Below are positions 20,260 to 30,761 of a stretch of DNA of 64,000 bases, piece after piece. The stretch covers positions 1,857 through 65,856 of the forward strand of contig JACPHU010000006.1 in the NCBI GenBank assembly GCA_016188495.1, in the 5' to 3' direction. The DNA comes from Candidatus Uhrbacteria bacterium (GTDB taxonomy: Bacteria > Patescibacteriota > Patescibacteriia > UBA9934 > GWF2-40-263). The stretch's first letter is position 1. Every line of letters starts with the position of its first letter. The position numbers and the translations under genes are program-made. The notes under the pieces are model-generated. The model was not told the DNA's origin, made no database searches, and worked only from the letters and a program-made list of their open reading frames with translations.

Positions 20260-21649
20260 TCAAGGATTTTCTCTTGTGGAGGTGATAGTGGCGATCGCCT
20301 TGCTAGGCATTGTTGCTCTTGGATTTGTCCGGTGGTTGGTTGTCGCCCAGGAGAACGTGGTTTTTTCCGGACAACGCACTCGCGCACTGTTTCTTGCAGA
20401 AGAAGGTTTAGAGGCCGTGCGGAATATGCGAGATGACGATTTTTCTTTGTTGACAAACGGAACTCACGGGTTGGCTGTAAGCGGTTGGCAATGGATTTTT
20501 TCCGGATCGTCCGATACAACAGATCTTTTTACGCGAGAAGTGACGGTTTTCCCTGTGGATGCGGATCGTAAAGAAGTGATGTCACAAATTACTTGGAATC
20601 AAACACCTTATCGTTTAGCTTCATTAGAACTCGTGACGTATCTCACCAACTGGCAGGCGGGCAATGCTCAGCCTATTCCGATTACGCCGGACGCAACGTT
20701 GAATCTTGCCGGCCCTGCGAATGGGACGGAAGTCGCTCTTTATACGGATGGAGGAACGACTTATATTTTGCTCGGACGCGTTTCTTCTAGCGAAAAGGAG
20801 TTTTATGTGATCAATGTGTCAGATCCTTCCAATCCGGTTGTTACAGCCGAACTTGAAATTGGAAGCGATGTGAATGGTGTGGCGGTTGTCGGGTCTTATG
20901 CGTTTCTTGCCACGTCAAGCAATACGGCTGAACTTCAGGTCGTCAATCTTACGAATCCTGCGAGCCCCACCTTTGCAGGAAGTTCGAATTTAGCTGGAAA
21001 CGCAGATGCAATCACTGTTGTCGGACAAGGATCAAATCTTTATGTAGGGCGCGCGTCCAATAGCAGCGGGCCAGAAATTTTTTCCCTTTCGATTGCCACA
21101 CCATCGTCTCCGAGCGTGCTTTCGAGTTTGGAAGTGGGGGATAGTGTTTGGAAAATGGTTTTGGATCAAAGCGCAAGTTTTGTGTACGCGGCAACAGGAA
21201 GCACGACAGCAGAATTACTTATTGTGAATACAACGACACCATCCTCGATTGTTCAAGAAGGTGCATTAAATATTTCTGGAACGACAGACGCAACCGCGAT
21301 CGCCGTTTTTTCAACATACACAGCACTTGGAATGGACGATGGAAATTTTTATGTGGTTGATACGTCCACACCCGCCTCTCCCTTCCTTGCAAGTAGCGCG
21401 CTTGATATTGGAATCAAAATAAACGATATGGCCATGGGGGTGGACGATGACTATCTTTTTGCTGGAAGCGGAACCGTTAATACGGAAGTGGCGGTCATCA
21501 ATGTCAGCGATCCCTCATCGCCGACCATCTATTTTTCTGTTGATCTTGCAGGTAATGAAGCGAAAGGATTGATTTGGGATCAGACATTGAATCGAGTTTT
21601 CGGAGGCGGAACGGGGAATACGGAAGAATTTTTCGTGCTTATTCCTTGA
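20252..21649 (+). CDS. Prepilin-type protein with C-terminal LVIVD-like repeat beta-propeller (candidate pilus adhesin)
   Basis: GFSLVEVIV; repeated E(F/L)x(V/I)(I/V)NxSxPSxP units. Confidence 0.8.
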   Translation: MTNQGFSLVEVIVAIALLGIVALGFVRWLVVAQENVVFSGQRTRALFLAEEGLEAVRNMRDDDFSLLTNGTHGLAVSGWQWIFSGSSDTTDLFTREVTVFPVDADRKEVMSQITWNQTPYRLASLELVTYLTNWQAGNAQPIPITPDATLNLAGPANGTEVALYTDGGTTYILLGRVSSSEKEFYVINVSDPSNPVVTAELEIGSDVNGVAVVGSYAFLATSSNTAELQVVNLTNPASPTFAGSSNLAGNADAITVVGQGSNLYVGRASNSSGPEIFSLSIATPSSPSVLSSLEVGDSVWKMVLDQSASFVYAATGSTTAELLIVNTTTPSSIVQEGALNISGTTDATAIAVFSTYTALGMDDGNFYVVDTSTPASPFLASSALDIGIKINDMAMGVDDDYLFAGSGTVNTEVAVINVSDPSSPTIYFSVDLAGNEAKGLIWDQTLNRVFGGGTGNTEEFFVLIP

Positions 21650-21650
21650 T

Positions 21651-22163
21651 ATGAGTATTTTTGAACATAACAAGGGATTTACTCTCGTGGAGCTTGTGGT
21701 GTATATCGGTTTGGCTTCGATCGTCTTTCTTGCCGTTATCGGCCAACAGATGACGTTTTTACAGATGAGAGTGAAGCATCAGACGATTGCCCAAGTGGAA
21801 CAGGAAGGACAGTTTGTGATGCAGCTCATCACGCAAACGCTCAGGAATGCGCAAGCGATCAATAGTCCGCCTGCTGGATCGAGTGCCAGCATCCTTTCCA
21901 TAGACGTGTTTGACGCAGTAGATGATCCTACGGTGTTTGATGTTTCCGGCGGACAGATTCGATTGACTCAAGGGAGTGCTGCAGCCGTTGAGATAACTTC
22001 CGGATTATTAAGCGTTGCGTCTTTTACTATTGAGAACGTATCCCGTCTTGATACTCCTGGGTCTGTACGAATCCAATTTACTCTTTCACGGATCAATGCC
22101 GGGGGGGTGATTCCGTATGCGTATGAAAAAACTTTTTATGGTACAGCGTCTTTACGGCCATAG
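21651..22163 (+). CDS. Minor pilin (PilW-like)
   Basis: GFTLVELVV prepilin motif. Confidence 0.85.
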   Translation: MSIFEHNKGFTLVELVVYIGLASIVFLAVIGQQMTFLQMRVKHQTIAQVEQEGQFVMQLITQTLRNAQAINSPPAGSSASILSIDVFDAVDDPTVFDVSGGQIRLTQGSAAAVEITSGLLSVASFTIENVSRLDTPGSVRIQFTLSRINAGGVIPYAYEKTFYGTASLRP

Positions 22164-22566
22164 AAGATGGAGAGGAACGAATCAGCAGGGATTCGTTGTA
22201 TTGTTGAGCATGCTTATGTTAACAGTTGTCGGGATGGCGCTATTGAGCTCTCTGCTGTTGTTTGGGATCATGGATGTGCAGTCAAGTTTTTCTCTTGAGC
22301 AATCAGGCCAGGCGCGCGCTCTTGCAAATGCCTGCGCAGAAGAAGCGTTGCAACAGATCAACGACGCCGTTTCTTTTTCAGGATCGAGCAGTCTTTCGTT
22401 AAGCACAGGAACCTGTAATTATACGGTTATCAGTTTATCCGGTTCTCAACGAGAGATTGAATCTGTAGGGACGGTAGGATCTAGCGTCCGCAAGGTATTG
22501 GTAACACTCGACCAGATTAACCCAAATATTCACGTTACCTCTTGGCAGGAAGTGAGCGATTTTTAA
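22138..22566 (+). CDS. PilX-like minor pilin (start uncertain)
   Basis: QGFVVLLSMLML without Glu5, ARALANACAEEAL, C-terminal SWQEV. Confidence 0.75.
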   Translation: MVQRLYGHRRWRGTNQQGFVVLLSMLMLTVVGMALLSSLLLFGIMDVQSSFSLEQSGQARALANACAEEALQQINDAVSFSGSSSLSLSTGTCNYTVISLSGSQREIESVGTVGSSVRKVLVTLDQINPNIHVTSWQEVSDF

Positions 22567-22573
22567 ATCAGAT

Positions 22574-23524
22574 ATGCCTATTTTTCCTATCGGAATCGGT
22601 ATCGATCTCTCGGACACGTATGTACATGTGGCCAAGGTGTCTTATTTTGGTCGGATCATAGAGGTACAGGAAAGAGAAATCCCTTCGGGATGGGTGGTCG
22701 ATGAGAAGGTGGTTGAATCTGAAAAACTCAAGTTTTTCTTACAAAAGAATTGTTTTTCACAAGAACAGATTCTCAGATCGCGCGTGGCAATCCTTATTCC
22801 TGAATCGAGAATGTTCCGGTGTTCACTTCGACTCCCTAAAGACAAGAAAAAGCCGCTGAGAAGTGCTGTTGTAGATTTAGCCCAAAGAGAGATTCCGTTC
22901 CCTTTGTCGTCAGCTGATGTTCTTATGAATTTTTCTCAACAGAAAAATGAGATGTTCGCTGACGTGGAGGCTGTTGAAGGCGAGGTGATCAAGAATCTCG
23001 TTGCCGCTGTTCCGCAGGAACATAACCACCTGAAGGTGGTGGAACCCCGTTCCCGGGCATTGTTGGATATGGCGAACATGCGCGGTTTATTACCTAGTGG
23101 TTTTGTTGGGTTTGTTGATGCCAATGAAAGATGGGTCACGATCACGATATTCAACAAAGGACAGGTCGTGTATTCCCGCGCGATCCGTCAGCCGATTTCT
23201 TTTGATCAAAACCAAAAAAAGGTCCCTTCCGTTTTCGTTGATTTTTTAAACGATCTCTTAGACGAAATCGTGTTATACTATCAAGAGGATCATAAGATGA
23301 TTGACCGTTTTATTCTTTCAGGTCTTTTTTTTACCGATCAGCGTTTCCGAGGACCATTCAAGACAAGTCATGGGGAGGTGAGAATAGAATTTATCGACGA
23401 TCTTTTTTCTCTGAAAGAGAAAAAAATACCACATCTTTTTTTTGGCATGGCGGCTATAGGAGCTGCATTTTCCGCTACGCGGTTCACAACGTTTTCTCGT
23501 CCATGTAATTTTTTTCGTCTATGA
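22574..23524 (+). CDS. PilM-like actin-fold pilus assembly protein (divergent)
   Basis: IGIDLSDTYVHVA, IPFP, ILSG motifs; pilus-cluster context. Confidence 0.7.
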   Translation: MPIFPIGIGIDLSDTYVHVAKVSYFGRIIEVQEREIPSGWVVDEKVVESEKLKFFLQKNCFSQEQILRSRVAILIPESRMFRCSLRLPKDKKKPLRSAVVDLAQREIPFPLSSADVLMNFSQQKNEMFADVEAVEGEVIKNLVAAVPQEHNHLKVVEPRSRALLDMANMRGLLPSGFVGFVDANERWVTITIFNKGQVVYSRAIRQPISFDQNQKKVPSVFVDFLNDLLDEIVLYYQEDHKMIDRFILSGLFFTDQRFRGPFKTSHGEVRIEFIDDLFSLKEKKIPHLFFGMAAIGAAFSATRFTTFSRPCNFFRL

Positions 23525-24060
23525 GTACGAACACTAATTTTAAGCAAGGTTTTACCCTTGTCGAGCTTCTTATCGTGATTGCGATCGTGGCTATTTTGGT
23601 CGCCGTGATCTTTGTGGCGTTGGATCCTGCCACGCGTTTTTCCCAAGCGCGCGATGCTGTCCGTCAAAATGACGTCGGTGAAATTCTTTCCGCAATCAAA
23701 CTTTACCAGGTCGATAACGGAGGCGATCATCTGGCCAGTATTGCTGCTCTGACGCCGGGAGACGTTTATATGGCAGTCAACGGTGCTGTTATGACAACAG
23801 GTTGCGATGATGGTAATCTCAGTTGTGATACAGATGTCACAACTGATACGGCTTGTGTGAATATTGCCGGTCTTGTGACAGGGGGGTATTTAGCATCCAT
23901 GCCTGTGAGTCCTTCGGGTGATGTCGCGTGGGATGATGGAAGCGGCGCTGCAGATGATGGAAGCGGATATACTCTTTCTATTGATGCCAATGGTATCGTA
24001 GCTGTTCGTGCGTGTGAGAGTGAATATGCAAATAATTCTGAAATTCAAATCTCACGATAA
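23521..24060 (+). CDS. Major pilin-like protein, copy 1
   Basis: GFTLVELLIVIAIVAIL, ARDAVRQNDV. Confidence 0.88.
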   Translation: MSTNTNFKQGFTLVELLIVIAIVAILVAVIFVALDPATRFSQARDAVRQNDVGEILSAIKLYQVDNGGDHLASIAALTPGDVYMAVNGAVMTTGCDDGNLSCDTDVTTDTACVNIAGLVTGGYLASMPVSPSGDVAWDDGSGAADDGSGYTLSIDANGIVAVRACESEYANNSEIQISR

Positions 24061-24066
24061 GTTCGT

Positions 24067-24597
24067 ATGCCTTACGTTAAGAAATTAGGTTTCACGCTTG
24101 TTGAATTGCTGATCGTGATTGCCATCATTGGCGTTCTGGTTGCTGTGATTTTTGTGGCGCTGGATCCTGCTACGCGCCTTGCGCAAGCACGTGACGCGGT
24201 GCGTCAAAACGATGTTGGAGAAATCCTTTCAGCGATCAAGTTGTATCAGGTAGATCATGGAGGACAGTCGTTAGATACGATCGCAAATCTTTCTCAGCTT
24301 GATGTCTATATGGCCGTCGATGGTGGCGGGATGAATGAAGGGTGTGATGACAATAATGTTTCTTGTACGACTCCTGTAACGCACGATACGCATTGCGTAA
24401 ATATTCATGAATTAATTCAAGAAGGATATTTGGCTGATATGCCCGTGAGTCCTTCCGGAGAGGTGATATGGGATGTTGGGGATAACACAGGTGATAACGG
24501 ATCAGGGTATACGATTTCTCTTGATACTGAGGGAATCGTGACCGTTCGTGCTTGTGAAAATGAGGCAACAAGTGTCGAAATTCAAGCTTCGAGATAA
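24067..24597 (+). CDS. Major pilin-like protein, copy 2 (tandem paralogue)
   Basis: GFTLVELLIVIAIIGVL; shares long identical stretches and Cys pattern with copy 1. Confidence 0.88.
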   Translation: MPYVKKLGFTLVELLIVIAIIGVLVAVIFVALDPATRLAQARDAVRQNDVGEILSAIKLYQVDHGGQSLDTIANLSQLDVYMAVDGGGMNEGCDDNNVSCTTPVTHDTHCVNIHELIQEGYLADMPVSPSGEVIWDVGDNTGDNGSGYTISLDTEGIVTVRACENEATSVEIQASR

Positions 24598-24640
24598 AAA
24601 AGAAGGGTTCCAACAGTCCTTCTTTTTTATCATCAAGTCC

Positions 24641-24669
24641 TTGACCTTGGAGCGGCTTTTCAGTAAACT
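24641..24669 (+). promoter_or_regulatory. Sigma70-like promoter for the tRNA cluster
   Basis: TTGACC-17bp-TAAACT. Confidence 0.55.
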
Positions 24670-24683
24670 ACTCCCGTATTTAT

Positions 24684-24758
24684 GGGCGTGTAGCTCAGGT
24701 GGTTACCCGCCCGACTGAACGACGAGGACTCCTATTCAGTCGTTCGGGCGGGGAGCGC
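24684..24758 (+). pseudogene. tRNA 5' fragment (identical to the first 28 nt of tRNA-Ile) interrupted by a 47-bp family B palindrome
   Basis: GGGCGTGTAGCTCAGGTGGTTA + [24706-24752] + GAGCGC, compared with the intact tRNA at 24805. Confidence 0.8.
24706..24752. mobile_element. 47-bp palindromic mini-element (family B)
   Basis: CCCGCCCGACTGAACGACGA...TTCAGTCGTTCGGGCGGG; other copies at 10631-10677 and 56189-56235. Confidence 0.7.
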
Positions 24759-24804
24759 TTTACAATACGGAAGAAAAAAGAAAAATAAACAAGATACTCA
24801 TTAA

Positions 24805-24881
24805 GGGCGTGTAGCTCAGGTGGTTAGAGCGCAACACTGATAATGTTGAGGTCGGAGGTTCGAGTCCTCCCACGCCCACCA
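24805..24881 (+). tRNA. tRNA-Ile(GAT)
   Basis: GGGCGTG/CACGCCC acceptor, CAACA-CT-GAT-AA-TGTTG, GGTTCGA, CCA. Confidence 0.97.
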
Positions 24882-25016
24882 CCCTACACTCTGGCTGTGT
24901 TCATCAGGGCCAGAGTGTAGGGTGGTCACCCATAGCCTCCCAGGCGACGGGTGACGTAAATCGTCGCCAGAGTTTCGGGTGGCCTTCGGCCAGATAGAAT
25001 AGGAAAGATACATCTT

Positions 25017-25091
<75 letters not shown>

Positions 25092-25124
25092 GAAACACAG
25101 TCACCTTTTTGGTGACTGTGTTTC
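25092..25124 (+). terminator. Terminator hairpin after tRNA-Phe
   Basis: GAAACACAGTCACC-TTTTT-GGTGACTGTGTTTC. Confidence 0.7.
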
Positions 25125-25209
25125 ATTTTGATCAGAAGACAGATGTTTCCAACAAAGTTGGAAACAAAAAAGAACCAGTGTTTGAATGGTTCTTTTTTGT
25201 TCACGCGAA

Positions 25210-27228
25210 TTAGTAGAGCTCATCAATGCTGTCGGTTGTCTTTTTTGCATTTTCTGATGAGTAGTCTGTACTGCTATGAATCGTACTACCGATTTCGTAG
25301 CTTCCGTAAAATACGTCGTTGACTCCATCGATGCTGTTTGTCCAGTCTGTTCCAAATAAGGTTTCAGCGATTTCGCCATTGGCAATGGCGCGTAGCACGC
25401 CACCATAGGAGACAGCGTAGACCGTATTTGAGAGGAATTGAACCAGTTTTACTCCAGGTCGATGAGTCACGTTGCTTCCCAAGGGAATTTCAGACATTGC
25501 CGTACTAGAGAGAATGACGAGATCGTCGAAATCTGAAAACCAGGTATAAAAAATAGATTCGGTAGGGAATGCATGGCGTTTTCCGTCGGCTCCGTAGTAG
25601 TAGACAGGGGTACAAGGGTCATTCACATAGACATCTCCCTCGCAACCTATTTTAATCAAATCACCTCGCGACGCATGGTTTGAACCTGAACTTACGGTTA
25701 CGATTGTATTTTTTCCTGTTGTTTTATTTCCGTCATCGTCGGTACAGCGAGCGTAGAGTTCTTTGGTTCCATTTGAAGTAAATGTATGAGTGAGAGAGGC
25801 GATGTCCAAGAGAATCGTCATAGTCCCAACGTTTTCATCATCGATATACAGATCACACGATTCTATTGACCCATCGTCACTAATTCTTACAGAGTATGTG
25901 ACGCTTTCATTTTTAAGCGCCGTGGTAGGTAAGATCGCTTTTACCACAGGGGCACTGCTTGAGGCTGAATCAGCGTCTACGGTAAAATTAATGCTTACAG
26001 ATGTGCTTATATTTCCAACAAGGTCAATCGCATAGAGGGAAGCCGTGTGACTTCCATTTGTTAGAGTTATCGTAGGAGTGTAGGCCGTTGTTTTTCCAAT
26101 GTTCGCATAAGAAGCAGAGTCTAGCTTAAATGCATAACTTGCTATCGAAGATTCGTTATCGACTGCTGCCGTCCATGTGAAAGTAGGGGTTGTGTCCGTT
26201 AATGCGCTTGAGTCTCCTGTTACACTGAATGAAGTTGGTTTTTCTGGAGAAGTCGCATCGTAGCGGAAGATATCTCCATTAATACCCACGCCCCAACGCA
26301 CATCTGAAGAAACATAAGAAAGATCGAAAAGGGCTGTTGATTGAGAGGAAGAAATACTGGTCCAGGTTGTTCCGCCATCGGATGTTTGGAGTAATGTCCC
26401 GTTTAGTCCCGCCAGAATTCCATTTGATTTATCTCGAAAAGCAATGTCATTAATCGTTTCATTTGTTTCAAGACCAGATACGCTACTTACGCTCCATGTG
26501 CTTCCGCCATTGGTTGTTTTTAAAAGTGTTCTATTTTCTCCACCAATCCATCCATTTGATGAATCGACAAAAGACATAGCATTCAAGAGTTGTGTGGTTC
26601 CCGATGTAGAGGTCGTCCATGTTGTCCCCGTATCTGAACTTGAATAGATGGCACCACCTTCTCCAGCAATAATAATTTTTGTAGAACTGATTGCTCGTGC
26701 CGTGTATAAATCTGTTGTTGAGAGTTCTGCGATGGAAATATTTATTTGATTCCAACTGACACCGCCATCTGTTGTTTTAAGGACGGTTCCACTTTGACCT
26801 ACAGCAAATCCAATAGAGGAACTGGCCATCGTAATCGTATAAAGACTGGGTGAGGAATTAGTATTTGATGAAAGTAAAGAAGGAGAGATACTTTTCCATG
26901 TTTTTCCTCCATCTGTTGTTCGTCTGATGGTAGCGGAGTTTCCTACGGCTACAGCCGTACTCTCACTTAAGGCGTACACATCATTTAATTCAAAAGACGT
27001 TCCGCTTGATCCTTGGGACCAGGTTTTTCCGCTATCGTTGCTATAAAGAATCGTTCCTTCAGTTCCTACGGCGAAGAGCGTGTTTCCCGATAAGCTAATT
27101 CCTATAAGGGTGCTATTTACCGAAGAGTTATTGAGAGCCCATCCAGAAGCCCAAGTGATAGAAGGAAAAAAAAGAATGGTTACAAAGAGTGATAAAATAA
27201 AAAGAAAAGAACGATGGTATTTTTTCAT
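25210..27228 (-). CDS. Secreted YCF48/BNR-repeat beta-propeller protein with Ig-like and C-terminal surface domain
   Basis: Signal peptide; repeated (S/T)xDGGxTW Asp-boxes; C-terminal VYYYGADGKRHAFP. Confidence 0.85.
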   Translation of the reverse strand: MKKYHRSFLFILSLFVTILFFPSITWASGWALNNSSVNSTLIGISLSGNTLFAVGTEGTILYSNDSGKTWSQGSSGTSFELNDVYALSESTAVAVGNSATIRRTTDGGKTWKSISPSLLSSNTNSSPSLYTITMASSSIGFAVGQSGTVLKTTDGGVSWNQINISIAELSTTDLYTARAISSTKIIIAGEGGAIYSSSDTGTTWTTSTSGTTQLLNAMSFVDSSNGWIGGENRTLLKTTNGGSTWSVSSVSGLETNETINDIAFRDKSNGILAGLNGTLLQTSDGGTTWTSISSSQSTALFDLSYVSSDVRWGVGINGDIFRYDATSPEKPTSFSVTGDSSALTDTTPTFTWTAAVDNESSIASYAFKLDSASYANIGKTTAYTPTITLTNGSHTASLYAIDLVGNISTSVSINFTVDADSASSSAPVVKAILPTTALKNESVTYSVRISDDGSIESCDLYIDDENVGTMTILLDIASLTHTFTSNGTKELYARCTDDDGNKTTGKNTIVTVSSGSNHASRGDLIKIGCEGDVYVNDPCTPVYYYGADGKRHAFPTESIFYTWFSDFDDLVILSSTAMSEIPLGSNVTHRPGVKLVQFLSNTVYAVSYGGVLRAIANGEIAETLFGTDWTNSIDGVNDVFYGSYEIGSTIHSSTDYSSENAKKTTDSIDELY

Positions 27229-27249
27229 AGAGTTTCTTTATTTTAACAT

Positions 27250-27282
27250 AAAAAAACACTCGCCTTGTGGCGAGTGTTTTTT
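27250..27282 (-). terminator. Terminator downstream of 16S rRNA
   Basis: AAAAAACACTCGCC-TTGT-GGCGAGTGTTTTTT. Confidence 0.75.
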
Positions 27283-27414
27283 GCTCTTACTTATCTCCTA
27301 TATGATTGCAATGTTTATACCAGTTGTTCGGCCTAAATGCCCGAACGATTGATCAATGCAAGATTGATCTCGACCTAGAATCAATGTTCCAGACTTGCTG
27401 GAAAAAGTCCCTAG

Positions 27415-28910
<1,496 letters not shown>

Positions 28911-29090
28911 ATACCGTTCTGCGTGCAAGCACGTCAGAAGGTTCTGATGTTTTGACACAACTTAAATGTGTCTGGAATAAACGTTGCAATCACATAGTAG
29001 ACAAGATCCAGTAACCTCTATCTGTGATAGAATGGTTACACATCTGATCTCCATGTGATTTGGAGATATTTATTTGTAATGAGCGGGGGC

Positions 29091-29119
29091 ATTGTATAAA
29101 AGGCCGTGGAACCTGTCAA
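29091..29119 (-). promoter_or_regulatory. 16S rRNA promoter
   Basis: Minus strand TTGACA-17bp-TACAAT followed by a GC-rich discriminator. Confidence 0.75.
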
Positions 29120-29188
29120 TAGCTCCTGGTAATGGATGGGGACAAATAAAAATCCGCACGTATGTTGTGCGGGAAGAGGAAGAATAAA

Positions 29189-30076
29189 TTAGCCTTTCTT
29201 GTCAGAATTGAGCAAGAATTTGAGCATGGCAGTAAAGTATCTGTATGAGATTTCGTAGTCCTCTTTGAATCGAGCCGTTTCTCTGAAGGGTTCCAGACAG
29301 GTGGTAAAGATTGGACAGCGCTTACAAGCATCATCGTTTTGTTCACTGCTACCCATATAAGCGCAAATGGGACACAGATCATAACGATAACTTACCCGAC
29401 CGCTTCTTCCATAATTATTGAGTTTTACGTTGAGTCCTTGAATGACCACTTCGAGATCTTTTCCAACAAGTCGTAACAGTTCTTTTTTGGTTTCATTTTT
29501 GAAATGAATACCGTCATCGATAATCGGAAGTTTAAACACTTTTAGACAACCGATGAATTCTGGATATAGGTCTTGATAGACCTCAATTGCCACTCTTTCC
29601 TCCTGGTCGATTTCATTTTTGTTATATGAATAGGCTTTAAACCCTTCATTCTTAAGAAATTTCCCAAAAGAGAACGCTTCTCCTTGCTGCTGTACATCAA
29701 GATAGACAGAACTTTTTAAGAACATCAACCTAATATCGGCTGGTTTTTGTCCAGTTGCCATCAGGTTTTTATGATGGTCGATACCGATGCGTGTTAGTTC
29801 ACTCATTAACATCCGCGAAACACCACAACCTCGAAAGTGAGGGTGAACGGCAAATCCACGAAATTTTAAGTAGTAAACCTGTTTTTGAAAAGACACCCAA
29901 CCAGCAACTCGACCATTTATTTCACAGATGAGCACCTCTTCATTTTCTGAGAGAAGAGAACTTTGTTCCCACACTCGTTTCCATTGTTGAGAAAAAACGT
30001 CCTGAAAGTGATGTCGTTTAAACTCAATCATTTCTTCTGGTAGATGTTCAGCGTTGGTAACTAGTCGTAGTTGCAT
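29189..30076 (-). CDS. GNAT-family N-acetyltransferase with Cys-rich C-terminal domain
   Basis: FAVHPHFRGCGVSRMLM acetyl-CoA motif A; CPIC...CKRCPIFTTC. Confidence 0.7.
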   Translation of the reverse strand: MQLRLVTNAEHLPEEMIEFKRHHFQDVFSQQWKRVWEQSSLLSENEEVLICEINGRVAGWVSFQKQVYYLKFRGFAVHPHFRGCGVSRMLMSELTRIGIDHHKNLMATGQKPADIRLMFLKSSVYLDVQQQGEAFSFGKFLKNEGFKAYSYNKNEIDQEERVAIEVYQDLYPEFIGCLKVFKLPIIDDGIHFKNETKKELLRLVGKDLEVVIQGLNVKLNNYGRSGRVSYRYDLCPICAYMGSSEQNDDACKRCPIFTTCLEPFRETARFKEDYEISYRYFTAMLKFLLNSDKKG

Positions 30077-30219
30077 TGCATACTCCTCTCAATGAGAAAA
30101 GAACGATAAAGGTTCTCCAAATGTGCGATAACAAGACCTTTCTTTAAGAAAAAATAACAGATGTGTTTTAAATATGGAACAGATGTTTATAAACGTCTAT
30201 GAACATCCGAATTTTATCG

Positions 30220-30248
30220 TTGACTTTTGAGTCGATTTGACCTATCAT
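30220..30248 (+). promoter_or_regulatory. Promoter of khpA
   Basis: TTGACT-17bp-TATCAT. Confidence 0.55.
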
Positions 30249-30349
30249 TTTAAGTGTTCTGAAGCCGTGTCTGAGCAGGCTCCATGCTGCCCTGGTCGAC
30301 AGGCAAGACGGTTTCAAAACACTTGCTCGATTTAAACGTTGTAACAGCT

Positions 30350-30700
30350 ATGGCTGACAAGTATTTCGATCAGGAGTTTGTTGAGTACATTATTCGCGGA
30401 ATTGTGAATAATCCAAATGACGTTCGAACAGAACGTATTGTGGATGAACGCGGAGTTCTCATTACTCTCCACATCAACCCAGAAGACATGGGTTATGTCA
30501 TTGGTCGACAGGGTCAGACAGCTCGTGCCGTTCGAACATTGCTCAAGATTGTTGGCGCCAAGGAAAATGCCCGCGTCAATCTCAAGATCTATGAGCCAGA
30601 AGGTTCTCGCCGTCCACGTCGCGAAGATCGCGATGCAGCACCAGCGGCAGACTTCAGTAGTTCCGATGACGATGCGTCTGTAGATGATCTTGGAATTTAA
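30350..30700 (+). CDS. khpA: KH-domain RNA-binding protein KhpA/YlqC
   Basis: DMGYVIGRQGQTARAVRTLL; near trmD and rpsP. Confidence 0.9.
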   Translation: MADKYFDQEFVEYIIRGIVNNPNDVRTERIVDERGVLITLHINPEDMGYVIGRQGQTARAVRTLLKIVGAKENARVNLKIYEPEGSRRPRREDRDAAPAADFSSSDDDASVDDLGI

Positions 30701-30761
30701 CTAGATCAAACAAAGAAAACCAGCTACTGTAAAGGTAGTTGGTTTTTTCTTTTTTCTCTAT

